Shown: positions 1 to 8,783 of the stretch, in pieces
Layout of the letters: each line of letters begins with the position of its first letter
How positions within the stretch are numbered: the stretch's first letter is position 1
Assembly: GCA_964248365.1 (NCBI GenBank)
Contig: CAXTYC010000018.1
Coordinates: forward strand, 1 to 64,000
Length of the DNA: 64,000 bases
Source: an uncultured Chroococcidiopsis sp.
GTDB taxonomy: Bacteria; Cyanobacteriota; Cyanobacteriia; Cyanobacteriales; Chroococcidiopsidaceae
Reading direction: 5' to 3'
Translations under genes and position numbers: made by a program
Notes under the pieces: generated by a model
Databases searched by the model: none
What the model saw: the letters and a program-made list of their open reading frames with translations, nothing else
Told to the model about the DNA's origin: nothing

Positions 1-418
1 GTTCCGTCCAAGTTTCCTCCTTGAGTGTATCTTATTCAATCAAGAATCGCTGTATGGCATCATGACAGCTTCTTCCAGGTCTAAAACCATAAGAATTTGC
101 CTCGAATTTGGATTCCCATTCTGGCTCTATAGCCATCTTGACAAGTCCCTGCAATGCTCTGTCTTTTATCGTGGGTATCCCAAGTGGACGTTTTTCACCA
201 TTAGGTTTAGGTATCCAAACCCTTCGGGTTGGAGTCGCTTTATCTTTGATTTCTAAGCATCCTGTAAGCTCTGTTCTGGCTGTTGGGGTAAGCGACTTTA
301 AGCCATCTATCCCAGCCGTGTTTTTGCCTTGATTGTCTTGAGTTACCCGACGAACGGCTATGGACTTTGCAGCCCATGACTTGACTAGCAATTTTTGGAG
401 TCTACGAACTGTTCTGAC

Positions 419-1561
419 CTTAGTACAGGACAAAACCTTGAAAAAATAGATTAGGAAAGGGTTTCATAGAAATTGCGAATAAACCATGATGAAACCCTGT
501 GGATCAGATTACCTTACTACGACAAAGCTTGCAGCCTCACTTAGGCTGGCATCGAGCACGGCTTACTTTTGTGTCAATGTTCCTAATTGCTTTGTTTCGC
601 GTCAAAACAGTAAACCGCTCCTCAAGTGGCTACAGCATTTTCTGGACAAGCACAGACAAATTCATACTACAAACGATTACAGAGATTTTTGCGTGAATTT
701 GAACTCGATTATTACGTAATTGCCAAGTTGGTTGTGGCACTAATGGATATTCCCGAACCTTGGGTTCTGAGTATTGATCGTACACAATGGCAATTTGGTA
801 AAGTCACCTTCAACATCCTGGTCTTGGGCATTGTTCACCAAGGTGTTGCTTTTCCTATATTATGGTGGATGCTGGACAAAAAAGGTAATTCTAACACTAG
901 AGAACGGATTGATTTGTTAGAAGAGTTTGTTACCTTGTTTCCCAAACGGCGGATTGCTTACCTAAGTGCCGACCGGGAGTTTTTGGGGCATGACTGGTTT
1001 GCTTATTTACTACTGCCACCACTGACTCAATTTCGGATAAGGATTCGTGAGAGCGAACGTTTAGGTGATGGGCGGCGCACACTCAAGGCTAGTATCCTGT
1101 TACAACATCTAAAACCGCACCAACAGCAAGTGCTAACCAAACGGCGACGGTTGTGGGGACGATGGCTCTATGTTGCCGCACTGCGCTTAGAAGACAACAG
1201 GTTATTAATTGTCGTCACCTCAAACTCACCTCATACAGCAATTAGTGATTATGCTATGCGTTGGGGCATCGAAACACTGTTTGGTTGTTTGAAGAGCCGA
1301 GGTTTTTGCTTGGAATCAACACATCTGCGCGATCCAGAACGCTTAAGTAAGGTGTTGGTTTTGTTAACGTTGGCGCTGTGTTGGGCGCATCGTACTGGCG
1401 AATGGTTAACCGAGCAAAAACCGCTCACCATCAAAAAGCATGGGCGAAAAGCCAAGAGCATTTTTCGTTATGGATTCGATCATCTGCGTCGAATTTTGCT
1501 CAACCTTGAGCAGCACTATACTGATTATCACAAGGTTCTACATTTTTTGTCCTGTACGTAG
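419..1561 (+). mobile_element. IS4-family insertion sequence (~1143 bp)
   Basis: Imperfect 17-bp terminal inverted repeats CTTAGTACAGGACAAAA / TTTTGTCCTGTACGTAG. TCTGAC is duplicated at 413-418 and 1564-1569. The element interrupts the RT ORF. Confidence 0.9.
499..1561 (+). pseudogene. IS4-family DDE transposase, frameshifted near 616-625
   Basis: The N-terminus (499-615, ..FRVKTVN) and the main body (626-1561) are in different frames. The body has SIDRTQW, LSADREF and the Y..RWGIETLFG.LK signature, and it ends FLSCT* inside the right inverted repeat. Confidence 0.85.
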
Positions 1562-2329
1562 TCTCTGACATCTCCACGACGTGACGCTTTGTAAATCCGC
1601 GTTTGCAGCTTGTGAACGTTCCTTTCTAGCTTTCGCCAGGGGATTTCATTCCATTTATACATCGGTTTGGTGTCCGTGTTCATAACTTATACACTGCTAC
1701 TTGTAGCTCTACATTCCCTTATCACCGTGAGTCCGTCAGCATATCTCCGCCATTACAGTAGAGCTTTTAGCTTTTGACTCAATCTTTCCCCTCTGTAACC
1801 TATACAAGATAGATATTTCGTCTTAGCTGACTACTCGATAATTGAGAGTGACACAGAGGTTACTTCGTTCCTCATAACCATTGATATGCTGCCTTAGAGT
1901 GATGCTATCTACCGGATGTATTGGGTGGATACTAAGCGGGTGATAACGAAAAACCCCACTACCCTGCATCTTGCTCTTTTGAGACTTCCAGTGTGACAGC
2001 CTTATTTCACTGGTTGATAGTGACGGTAGTTACGCATCTTCATTGTGTTACTCATATCAGCTTGCTCACGGGATACCATTTTAGGCTAATAGCATCTTTC
2101 CGCTTTTATTCCTGCTTCAAGGATTGATGGCTAGTTGCTACCTTGAGGAATATGCTTTCACCGAAGTATCTTCGGGACAGGACTTGTGTTTTCTAGGATA
2201 GTCACACTCACCTATAAGGTTATGAAGTTGTCATCTATTGAGGATTAAAGTGCGAACTCTACCCATGTGGGTTACTCAACAGAAGCCAGTTTTCCCCCGA
2301 TTGCTCGGTTTAAACTGAACGAATCCCAC

Positions 2330-3206
2330 TCGTTAACTATCCTACGTGATAGCTTATGCAGAAAATCTTCTTGGCAGAAGGTGATTTTCCTATGAACTCT
2401 AGCAACTTTCCTTCTAGATCTAATTCGATTATTAGAACCTTTTTGTTTTCTAGATAGCTGTTGCTGCTTGATTTTTAGATTTTTCTCATACTTGTTGAGT
2501 ATTCTAGGATTATCAAACTTAGAGCCGTCGCTGGTAATTGCGAAGTGGGTTAATCCCAAGTCTATGTTTATAGCTTTTCCATCTGCGTTTGCAAAAGGCA
2601 TATCTGTACCATCATCAAACAAAACAGAAGTAAAGTATTGATTAGCACAATTTCTGGAGACAGTTACAGTTTTAACCTTGCCCTCAATTGGTTTATGGAT
2701 AATGGCTTTGACTTCACCTATTTTGGGTAGGCTTAAGTAATTGTCTAATACTTTGACGTTTTGAGGATATTGGATTGACTGTCTACCATGCTTAGATTTG
2801 AAATTGGGATATTTAGCTCGTTTCTCAAAGAAGTTGTTAAAAGCTACACCCAAATTAAGACAAACTTGCTGCAAACATTGTGAATAAGTCAATGTTAACC
2901 AGTCATGCTCTTTCTTTAACTGTGGAATTAGCTTTTTAACATCATAGCCAGATAACCGAAGCAGAGCTTGAAAAAATGTAGCGGTCCTTGTTTTGAGTTT
3001 ATCTGTTGGCAGCATGGGCGATCTGTTATGAAAGACCGCTTCATTTTTTGGTCGCTAAATTGGTTGCCGAGTCCAGTCTCGTTATACGTTTGGTTCATCA
3101 AGTTAAGAAAGTGATTCCAAAGCCATCGGCAATTACCGAAAGATTGTTGCAGTAATTGCTGTTGTTGGCTATCTGGATACAGTCTTATCTTGACGACCTT
3201 TAACAT
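2330..3206 (-). pseudogene. tnpB: IS200/IS605-family TnpB (RNA-guided nuclease family), interrupted by a mini-element and a group II intron
   Basis: MLKVVKIRLYP..FGNCRWLWN HTH-OrfB N-terminus, YPNFKSKHGRQS, RuvC-I IDLGLTHF and FLHKLSRRIVNE. The frame is broken at ~2957-3066, and the gene is cut at 2330 just before the RuvC-II glutamate. Confidence 0.9.
2955..3070. repeat. ~115-bp hairpin mini-element (MITE-like), copy 1, inside tnpB
   Basis: Similar to 6215-6331. Internal inverted repeat AAAAAATG(T)AGCGGTC..GACCGCT(T)CATTTTTT. Removing ~110 nt restores the tnpB frame. Confidence 0.8.
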
Positions 3207-3414
3207 TAGAGCAAAAAGAATTTACTATAAATTGGTATAGCATAAAATTTGTTCGTTTCCGACCTACCCTCTTCCCTCGCAAAGCGAGGGAAAAGGATTG
3301 TCGTCAACTCACCCGCCATTCATCTGATCACTCTCCTTCGGGTGAGTGAGAGGCTTGTGTCCCCGTAGCTCGTAGTTCGTTTTGGAGTAGGGGAAATACC
3401 AGTTACCAACTACC

Positions 3415-3673
3415 GTACGCGCGGGTTTATCAAACATACTTGTAAACCTCCAGTACGGGCGGGTTGATCAGACATACTTGTGAGGCGCAAGATAACTCAT
3501 TTAAAGTGCGCCCCTACTTGATTTAAAGAGCGCCCCTACCAACTACCGTACGCGCGGGTTTATCAGATATACTTGTGAACAAGCGGAAAGTGGGGGTGTT
3601 TTTAGAGAGGGGGAAACCCCCTCTCCCCCAACTTTTCAAGAGAACAAATAACTCGTTTAAAGTGCGTCCCTAC
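3415..3673. repeat. Cluster of REP-like GTACG(G/C)GCGGGTT..AAAGTGCGCCCCTAC units
   Basis: Several partial or complete units of a ~65-bp motif. A further copy lies at 46589-46653. Confidence 0.75.
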
Positions 3674-3720
3674 CAATTACCCATTACCAATTACCGCTTT
3701 GAACGCAAGTTAGTATAAAT

Positions 3721-6045
3721 TTACTCCTCCTCATCATCATCATCAAAATAGGAATCCGGCTCGTCGCTTAAGTCATCTTCCAGAGGCGAGTTGTAATCTG
3801 TCTGTTGGATATGGGTTGGTTGTTCGCCGTTAACTGTTACTAGGTCAATTTGTTGGCGGTAATAATCAACACTTTTAACTTGGACAGATACGCGATCGCC
3901 TAGTCGATAGCTCGCACGATTTTTACGTCCAAACAGAGCTTGTTGTCTAGCTCGATACTCATACCAATCGTCTTTGAGCGAACTAACGTGTACCAGTCCT
4001 TCGACTCGTAGCAGCCTACCTTTAGCATCTGGTACTTCAATTTCGACAAAGAACCCGTAAGACTGTACACCCGTGATAATACCAGAGAAAACATCGCCGA
4101 TGCGCTGTTTCATTAGCTGAGCTTTTTGCAGCCCTAGCAAATCATCTTCGGCATCATTTACTTCCTTTTCCCGCTCCTGAAACTGGACAATTACCCCAGT
4201 TAACCCAGTTTCCAGTTCTTGCTGGACTTCTGGAGGTAAAACGTTCCAAGTAGTTTTGCCATGAGCGGAGCTATGGTGTAGATTCACACTTTCTTTGGCG
4301 CGGGTGGTACGGCGATCGCGTCCCACATCAAACAAGATATGTATTACTCTTTGCAACAGCAAATCTGCATAACGCCGTAAGGGAGCATGAGAGTGGGTAT
4401 AACCTGGGAGAGCTAGACTAAAGTGAGATTGAAAAGCAGTGCTGTAAACACTAGGCTTGAGCGTCGCTTGTAGCAAATATGTAAGTACTTGCTCAGATGC
4501 AGGCGTTGCGGCGAATTGCGAGGTAAATCGTTGGAAGTCTGCTGGTTGAACTACATCTTCTTGATCCAGTCGCAGTTCAACACCTAAATTGCTTGCCAAT
4601 TTGATCATTTCCTGCACATCTTCCACATCAGGAGCAGGTTGAACTCGATAAATGGCGGGAATACCAAGGGCGTGTAAGTGGCTTGCTACTACTTGATTTG
4701 AGACAATAATCAACTCACTCAACAGCGATGTGAGCGGGGATTCTGAAGTCGTGTGCGCCCCTATCGCCCCCTCGTCATAGTAGGAATAGGAGCGTGGTAC
4801 TTTGAGGGCAAAGCTACCCCTAGCTAAGCGCTGTGCTTGTAGTGCTTGACTCAAGAGTGATAATTGCTCTAGCTTCTCAACCGTAGAGGCTGTTAATCCC
4901 AGGTCAACTTCTGGCTGACCGCTCAAAATCGCTCCTACTGCTTGTTCGCCGATCTCGTGGTCAACTTGAATTACTGTAGGTTGAATTTCAAACTCTACTA
5001 TTTGTCCACTAGCTGCATCTAAAGTTAGTAGTACAGACAGCGCCATGCGATCGCTACCTGGTACTAATGAGCAACGCGAGGAAACAGCTTCTGGAAAAAG
5101 GGGTACTACTTTTTCACCTAAATAGACACAGCTACCACGCTTAAAACTTTCTCGGTCAAGCGGCGTATCTGCTTCTACGTAGTAGGCGACATCACTCGTG
5201 TGAACTCCTAGCTGCCATTGTCCGGCGGCGGTTTTTTCTAGGGTGAAAGCATTTTCGACGTGCTGATCTGACGAATTGAAACTTAGGGTAAGTAGCGATC
5301 GCAAATCGACCCGCTTTTTTATTTCCTTCTTAGTGATTTGACTGGGTAAACCTGCCGCCGCTTCTAGGACATGAGGTGGGAAAGCGCGGGGCAAGTTATG
5401 CTTACAAGATACAAGTTCTACATCTGAAGCGGCTTCGGCATCACTACCTAAAATTTGTACTACCCTTCCCAACGGGGGGTATTGTGCCAGTGGGTAGCGC
5501 TGGATTTCCACATGGACTAAGTGATCGATTGCTTCTGCTAAGGTATGACCATTTGCCAAAAGGTCAATTTCAAATAGCAGTCGGTCATCTAGGGGAACAG
5601 CCCGAAAGTGGGTGTTTACTTGTTTGATCCGAGCGAGTAAACTTTGATTAGCGCGTTCTAGAATTAATTCAACTTCTCCTTCTGGACTACGGCGACGACT
5701 ACCTTCTTTGGTAAGTTTGACCAAAACGCGATCGCCGTTCCAAGCTGAATTCAAATGGCTTTCACGGATATATATATCTTCCGATCCCTCTACTTCCTGA
5801 ATCGCAAAGCAAAAACCTTTGCTAGAACAGCGAAGTTTGGCTTCGATTACCCCTTCTTCTCTTACTCGGCGATACTTGCCGTGTTCTTTGACCAAAATGC
5901 CAATTTTTTCTAGTACGTCCAAGGCAATATATAGTTTTCTTAGACTCAGTTCGTCCTGGTAATCCAGTTTCTTTTCTAGTACCTTGGCAGCAACCAATTT
6001 GTCACTTGTAAAATTAGCAAGCAGTGTAGCGATTGAAAACTCCAT
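3721..6045 (-). CDS. Ribonuclease R/II family exoribonuclease (Zam-like)
   Basis: Cold-shock/OB N-terminus (SSKGFCFAI), RNB domain (YTHSHAPLRRYADLLLQR), C-terminal S1 domain (GVQSYGFFVE..EGLVHVSSL), acidic tail. Confidence 0.9.
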   Translation of the reverse strand: MEFSIATLLANFTSDKLVAAKVLEKKLDYQDELSLRKLYIALDVLEKIGILVKEHGKYRRVREEGVIEAKLRCSSKGFCFAIQEVEGSEDIYIRESHLNSAWNGDRVLVKLTKEGSRRRSPEGEVELILERANQSLLARIKQVNTHFRAVPLDDRLLFEIDLLANGHTLAEAIDHLVHVEIQRYPLAQYPPLGRVVQILGSDAEAASDVELVSCKHNLPRAFPPHVLEAAAGLPSQITKKEIKKRVDLRSLLTLSFNSSDQHVENAFTLEKTAAGQWQLGVHTSDVAYYVEADTPLDRESFKRGSCVYLGEKVVPLFPEAVSSRCSLVPGSDRMALSVLLTLDAASGQIVEFEIQPTVIQVDHEIGEQAVGAILSGQPEVDLGLTASTVEKLEQLSLLSQALQAQRLARGSFALKVPRSYSYYDEGAIGAHTTSESPLTSLLSELIIVSNQVVASHLHALGIPAIYRVQPAPDVEDVQEMIKLASNLGVELRLDQEDVVQPADFQRFTSQFAATPASEQVLTYLLQATLKPSVYSTAFQSHFSLALPGYTHSHAPLRRYADLLLQRVIHILFDVGRDRRTTRAKESVNLHHSSAHGKTTWNVLPPEVQQELETGLTGVIVQFQEREKEVNDAEDDLLGLQKAQLMKQRIGDVFSGIITGVQSYGFFVEIEVPDAKGRLLRVEGLVHVSSLKDDWYEYRARQQALFGRKNRASYRLGDRVSVQVKSVDYYRQQIDLVTVNGEQPTHIQQTDYNSPLEDDLSDEPDSYFDDDDEEE

Positions 6046-6214
6046 GTAGCGAACCGACCTCCGGTCAGAAAATCATACTTTTTTTGCAAGGAAGACAGTA
6101 AGCGATCGCTCACTGCCAACTGTAGGAAACAATCAGGTTTTTCCCCCAAGCGATCGCCAAAAGCAATCAGGATTACCTGTGTGGCTGGCTTTGGCACTGC
6201 CTAAGCTCGTTTGC

Positions 6215-6331
6215 ACCGAGGCAGAGCTTGAAAAAATGACGGCAGCCGCTGTGTTTAAGTTTATCTGTTGGCAACACTCGTTATCTGTTATGAAGGCTGC
6301 CGTCATTTTTTTGTCGCCAAATTAGTCACCG
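6215..6331. repeat. ~115-bp hairpin mini-element, copy 2, upstream of the RNase R-family gene
   Basis: Perfect 17-bp inverted repeat AAAAAATGACGGCAGCC / GGCTGCCGTCATTTTTT. Shares ACCGARGCAGAGCTTGAAAAAATG and the GTCGCYAAAT end with 2955-3070. Confidence 0.8.
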
Positions 6332-6775
6332 TAGCGACGGCAACTCACCTAATTCCTAAAATAACCCTCTTTATCAGGAAAGGCGAGAGTGTGCATCGTC
6401 AAGGCTTGTACTCAACACAAAGGTGTCAATGACGCTACTGGTCATTAACCATCAACCTCACTTACATCTGTCCTAAAAACCGATTAATAGCAGCTTAAAG
6501 AAGTGAGATTGCTGGTATTTGAGTGTCCCAGTAGAACCGCCTGTGACGCTTTTTTGACTCTACTTGTTAGCCTAGAGTTACTGCTATTTTATGCAACTCC
6601 ATATTAATAGAGTCGGTAAAACTTGAGAAAAGCAGCAAGTCAAGCTATAAGGGTAAACTATACCCATTTTATTTTAAAAAAGAAACGCACCTGTGAAAAG
6701 GGGCTAGGGGCTAGAAGAGGATGGGGGAGGGGGAGACAAGGGGAGGGGGGGAAAAGAGAAGGGGTTTGAATACTT

Positions 6776-6870
6776 CCCCTTGTCCCCTTGTCCCCTTGTC
6801 CCCTTGTCCCCTTTTCCCTTTCCCCTTTCCCCTTTTCCCTTTACCCTTTTCCCTTTTTTCTAGCCCCTAG
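6776..6870. repeat. STRR-type short tandem repeats (CCCCTTGT / CCCTTT arrays)
   Basis: Visible tandem 7-8-mers. Similar arrays occur at ~8575-8610, 19000-19050, 19625-19715, 42420-42540 and 46545-46590. Confidence 0.8.
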
Positions 6871-6893
6871 CAAGAGCGCCCCTAACCCCTCTT

Positions 6894-7874
6894 ATGATGT
6901 TGGAACAATTTCAAGCTCGCTATCCTACTGGTAGTCTAATTTCTGAGTTATTGACGATTTATCAAGGGAAATTTGTTGTTCAAGTTTGGGTTCAAATCGA
7001 TGGTGTCACCCGTACTACTGGTTTGGCGGCGGCGGAAACACCGGAGGAAGCAGAAGACAAAGCTAGAAGTCGGGCGATCGCCCTTCTAGCAATTGACTCG
7101 TCGCTACCATCAGCTATGCCAATGGCACAACGAATGCCAAAAGCATTTGTACCAGAACCAGAAAGGCAAACGATCGCCCCAGCAGAGGCTGGGCATGAGC
7201 TAAACTATCAAGCTCATGCCCAATTCACACCCCAAGCGCCCCTCTCACCTCCACAAGTGCAGGCGATCGCCCCATTGCCACCAATCGAGCCAGAAAGCGC
7301 GATCGCATCTACTATAAGTCCGAATATAAGTCCGAAAGGCAAAAGTAAACGTTCGCTCACCTCCACTTCTCCTGCGGATGAAGAGGAAGTCTTTGGAGAT
7401 TTCGGGAAGATTTCTGAACCCAAAACCGAAATTGGTACAACCGCTATGGGTAGCAAACTAACGCCAATTTCCCCAGGCTATGAGCCAGAAATAGGCTTTG
7501 AGTCCGAAATTCCAATAAATGTAAGCGACACGATTGATTTATCCGACGATCTGAATATAATCAGCGTCAAACTTGAGGAGTCAGGCTGGAAACCAAATAC
7601 TGAACGTGAATATCTAGAACAAACTTATGGCAAAAGCTCTCGCCACGAGTTGACACCAGAACAAGTGCGGGAATTCCGGCGTTATCTAGAATTATTTAGC
7701 CAAACTACTCAAATTACCAAGGAACTTAGGGAACTCAACTGGAGCAATGAACTAGGGCGTAAATATCTTGCACAAACTTTCAATAAGAAATTACGCCAAG
7801 AGTTAAATTATCAGCAATTGCAGGAATTTTTGCAATTTCTCCAGAATGAGCGCGATCGCCTCAACACAAAGTAG
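6894..7874 (+). CDS. Conserved cyanobacterial hypothetical protein (small alpha/beta N-domain, P/S-rich linker, two C-terminal GW..YL.QT.GK..R repeats)
   Basis: 326-aa ORF with a duplicated C-terminal motif. Confidence 0.7.
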   Translation: MMLEQFQARYPTGSLISELLTIYQGKFVVQVWVQIDGVTRTTGLAAAETPEEAEDKARSRAIALLAIDSSLPSAMPMAQRMPKAFVPEPERQTIAPAEAGHELNYQAHAQFTPQAPLSPPQVQAIAPLPPIEPESAIASTISPNISPKGKSKRSLTSTSPADEEEVFGDFGKISEPKTEIGTTAMGSKLTPISPGYEPEIGFESEIPINVSDTIDLSDDLNIISVKLEESGWKPNTEREYLEQTYGKSSRHELTPEQVREFRRYLELFSQTTQITKELRELNWSNELGRKYLAQTFNKKLRQELNYQQLQEFLQFLQNERDRLNTK

Positions 7875-7906
7875 GGGCGTTTGAACCCTTCGCCCCTACC
7901 TTATTT

Positions 7907-8515
7907 CTAGCTTACAACTGCCATTGGTCGGCTACCTGCGGCGTGACGGTCAATTACTTGGTCAATCAAACCATATTCGACTGATTCAGCAGGCGACATA
8001 AAGAAATCTCGCTCTGTATCTTGCTCAATTTTTTCTAGCGGTTGACCAGTATGCTCGGCTAAATGCTCGTTTAGCTTACGCTTGTGGTATAATATCTCCT
8101 TTGCCTGAATTTCAATGTCGGTTGCTTGTCCTTGAGCGCCGCCTAGTGGTTGATGAATCATAATCCGAGAATTGGGTAGACTCATCCGCTTACCCTTAGT
8201 ACCAGCACTGAGCAAGAAAGCGCCCATACTTGCTGCTAGCCCTGTACAAATCGTGCAAACATTTGGACGGATGTGCTTCATAGTATCAAAAATACCCATG
8301 CCAGCAGTCACCGAGCCACCCGGAGAGTTGATATACAGGTAAATGTCTTTTTCTGCGTCTTCGGCATCCAGAAACAGCAACTGGGCAACAATTAGGTTAG
8401 CTACATTAGCATCAATTGCTTGCCCTAAAAATATGATCCGCTCCCTAAGTAGACGGGAGTAGATATCAAAGGCGCGTTCGCCCCTACCAGATTGTTCGAT
8501 AACAACAGGAATCAT
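7907..8515 (-). CDS. clpP: ATP-dependent Clp protease proteolytic subunit
   Basis: [36 protein letters not shown] and IMIHQPLGG motifs. Confidence 0.97.
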   Translation of the reverse strand: MIPVVIEQSGRGERAFDIYSRLLRERIIFLGQAIDANVANLIVAQLLFLDAEDAEKDIYLYINSPGGSVTAGMGIFDTMKHIRPNVCTICTGLAASMGAFLLSAGTKGKRMSLPNSRIMIHQPLGGAQGQATDIEIQAKEILYHKRKLNEHLAEHTGQPLEKIEQDTERDFFMSPAESVEYGLIDQVIDRHAAGSRPMAVVS

Positions 8516-8783
8516 CAGCTTGACTATTTTTGTATTCTTTCTTAATTTTATCGACTTTTAGAGGGGCTAGAAAAAAGGGTAAAGGGTAAAGGGTAAAGGG
8601 TAAAGGCAAAACAATTATCAATTGTTCATTATTCATTGATAATTGTTTATTGTTCATTGATAATTGCTCACCTGCGCTCCCCCTCTCCCACTCACCCCAT
8701 CACCCCATCCTTTCTCTAGCCTCTAGCCCCCAGCCCCTAGCCCCTGCGATAGACTGAAGCATTGAAGGCAACCATATTAGACT

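Larger units (their letters stand above)
32..1683 (-). pseudogene. ltrA: Group II intron reverse transcriptase/maturase (LtrA-like), split by IS4 and degenerate
   Basis: The N-terminus MNTDTKPMYKWNEIPWRKLERNVHKLQTRIYKASRRGDVR (1683-1564) continues as TVRRLQKLL..NQGKNTAGIDG..RRVWIPKPNGEKRPLGIPTIKDRALQ..FEANSYGFRPGRSCHDAI (412-50). A frameshift and stop follow near 50-35. Confidence 0.9.
1..2329 (-). mobile_element. Group II intron (IIB-like), 5' portion, inserted in tnpB; 3' end lies beyond the left edge of the window
   Basis: The minus strand at 2329 begins GTGGGATTCGTTC (consensus GTGCGAYTCGTT) exactly where tnpB similarity stops (..RIVNE). About 645 nt of non-coding structured sequence precede an RT ORF. 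EBS1 UCGUUA (plus 1944-1949, in a hairpin loop) and EBS2 ACUAUC (plus 2016-2021) are complementary to the 5' exon GATAGT-TAACGA (2341-2330). Confidence 0.85.

Noticed and set aside
32..433. Retron, DGR or defence-type reverse transcriptase
   Set aside because: The RT has the group II N-terminal extension and lies within an intron RNA with EBS/IBS pairing. The MSCTK start in the ORF track is IS inverted-repeat sequence.
3415..3673. Possible CRISPR array
   Set aside because: The units are irregular, there are no unique equal-length spacers, no cas genes are present, and the motif recurs singly at 46589, as REP-like repeats do.
5976..6197. Leader ORF upstream of the RNase R-family gene
   Set aside because: It overlaps the main gene out of frame, has a GTG start and has no recognisable features.
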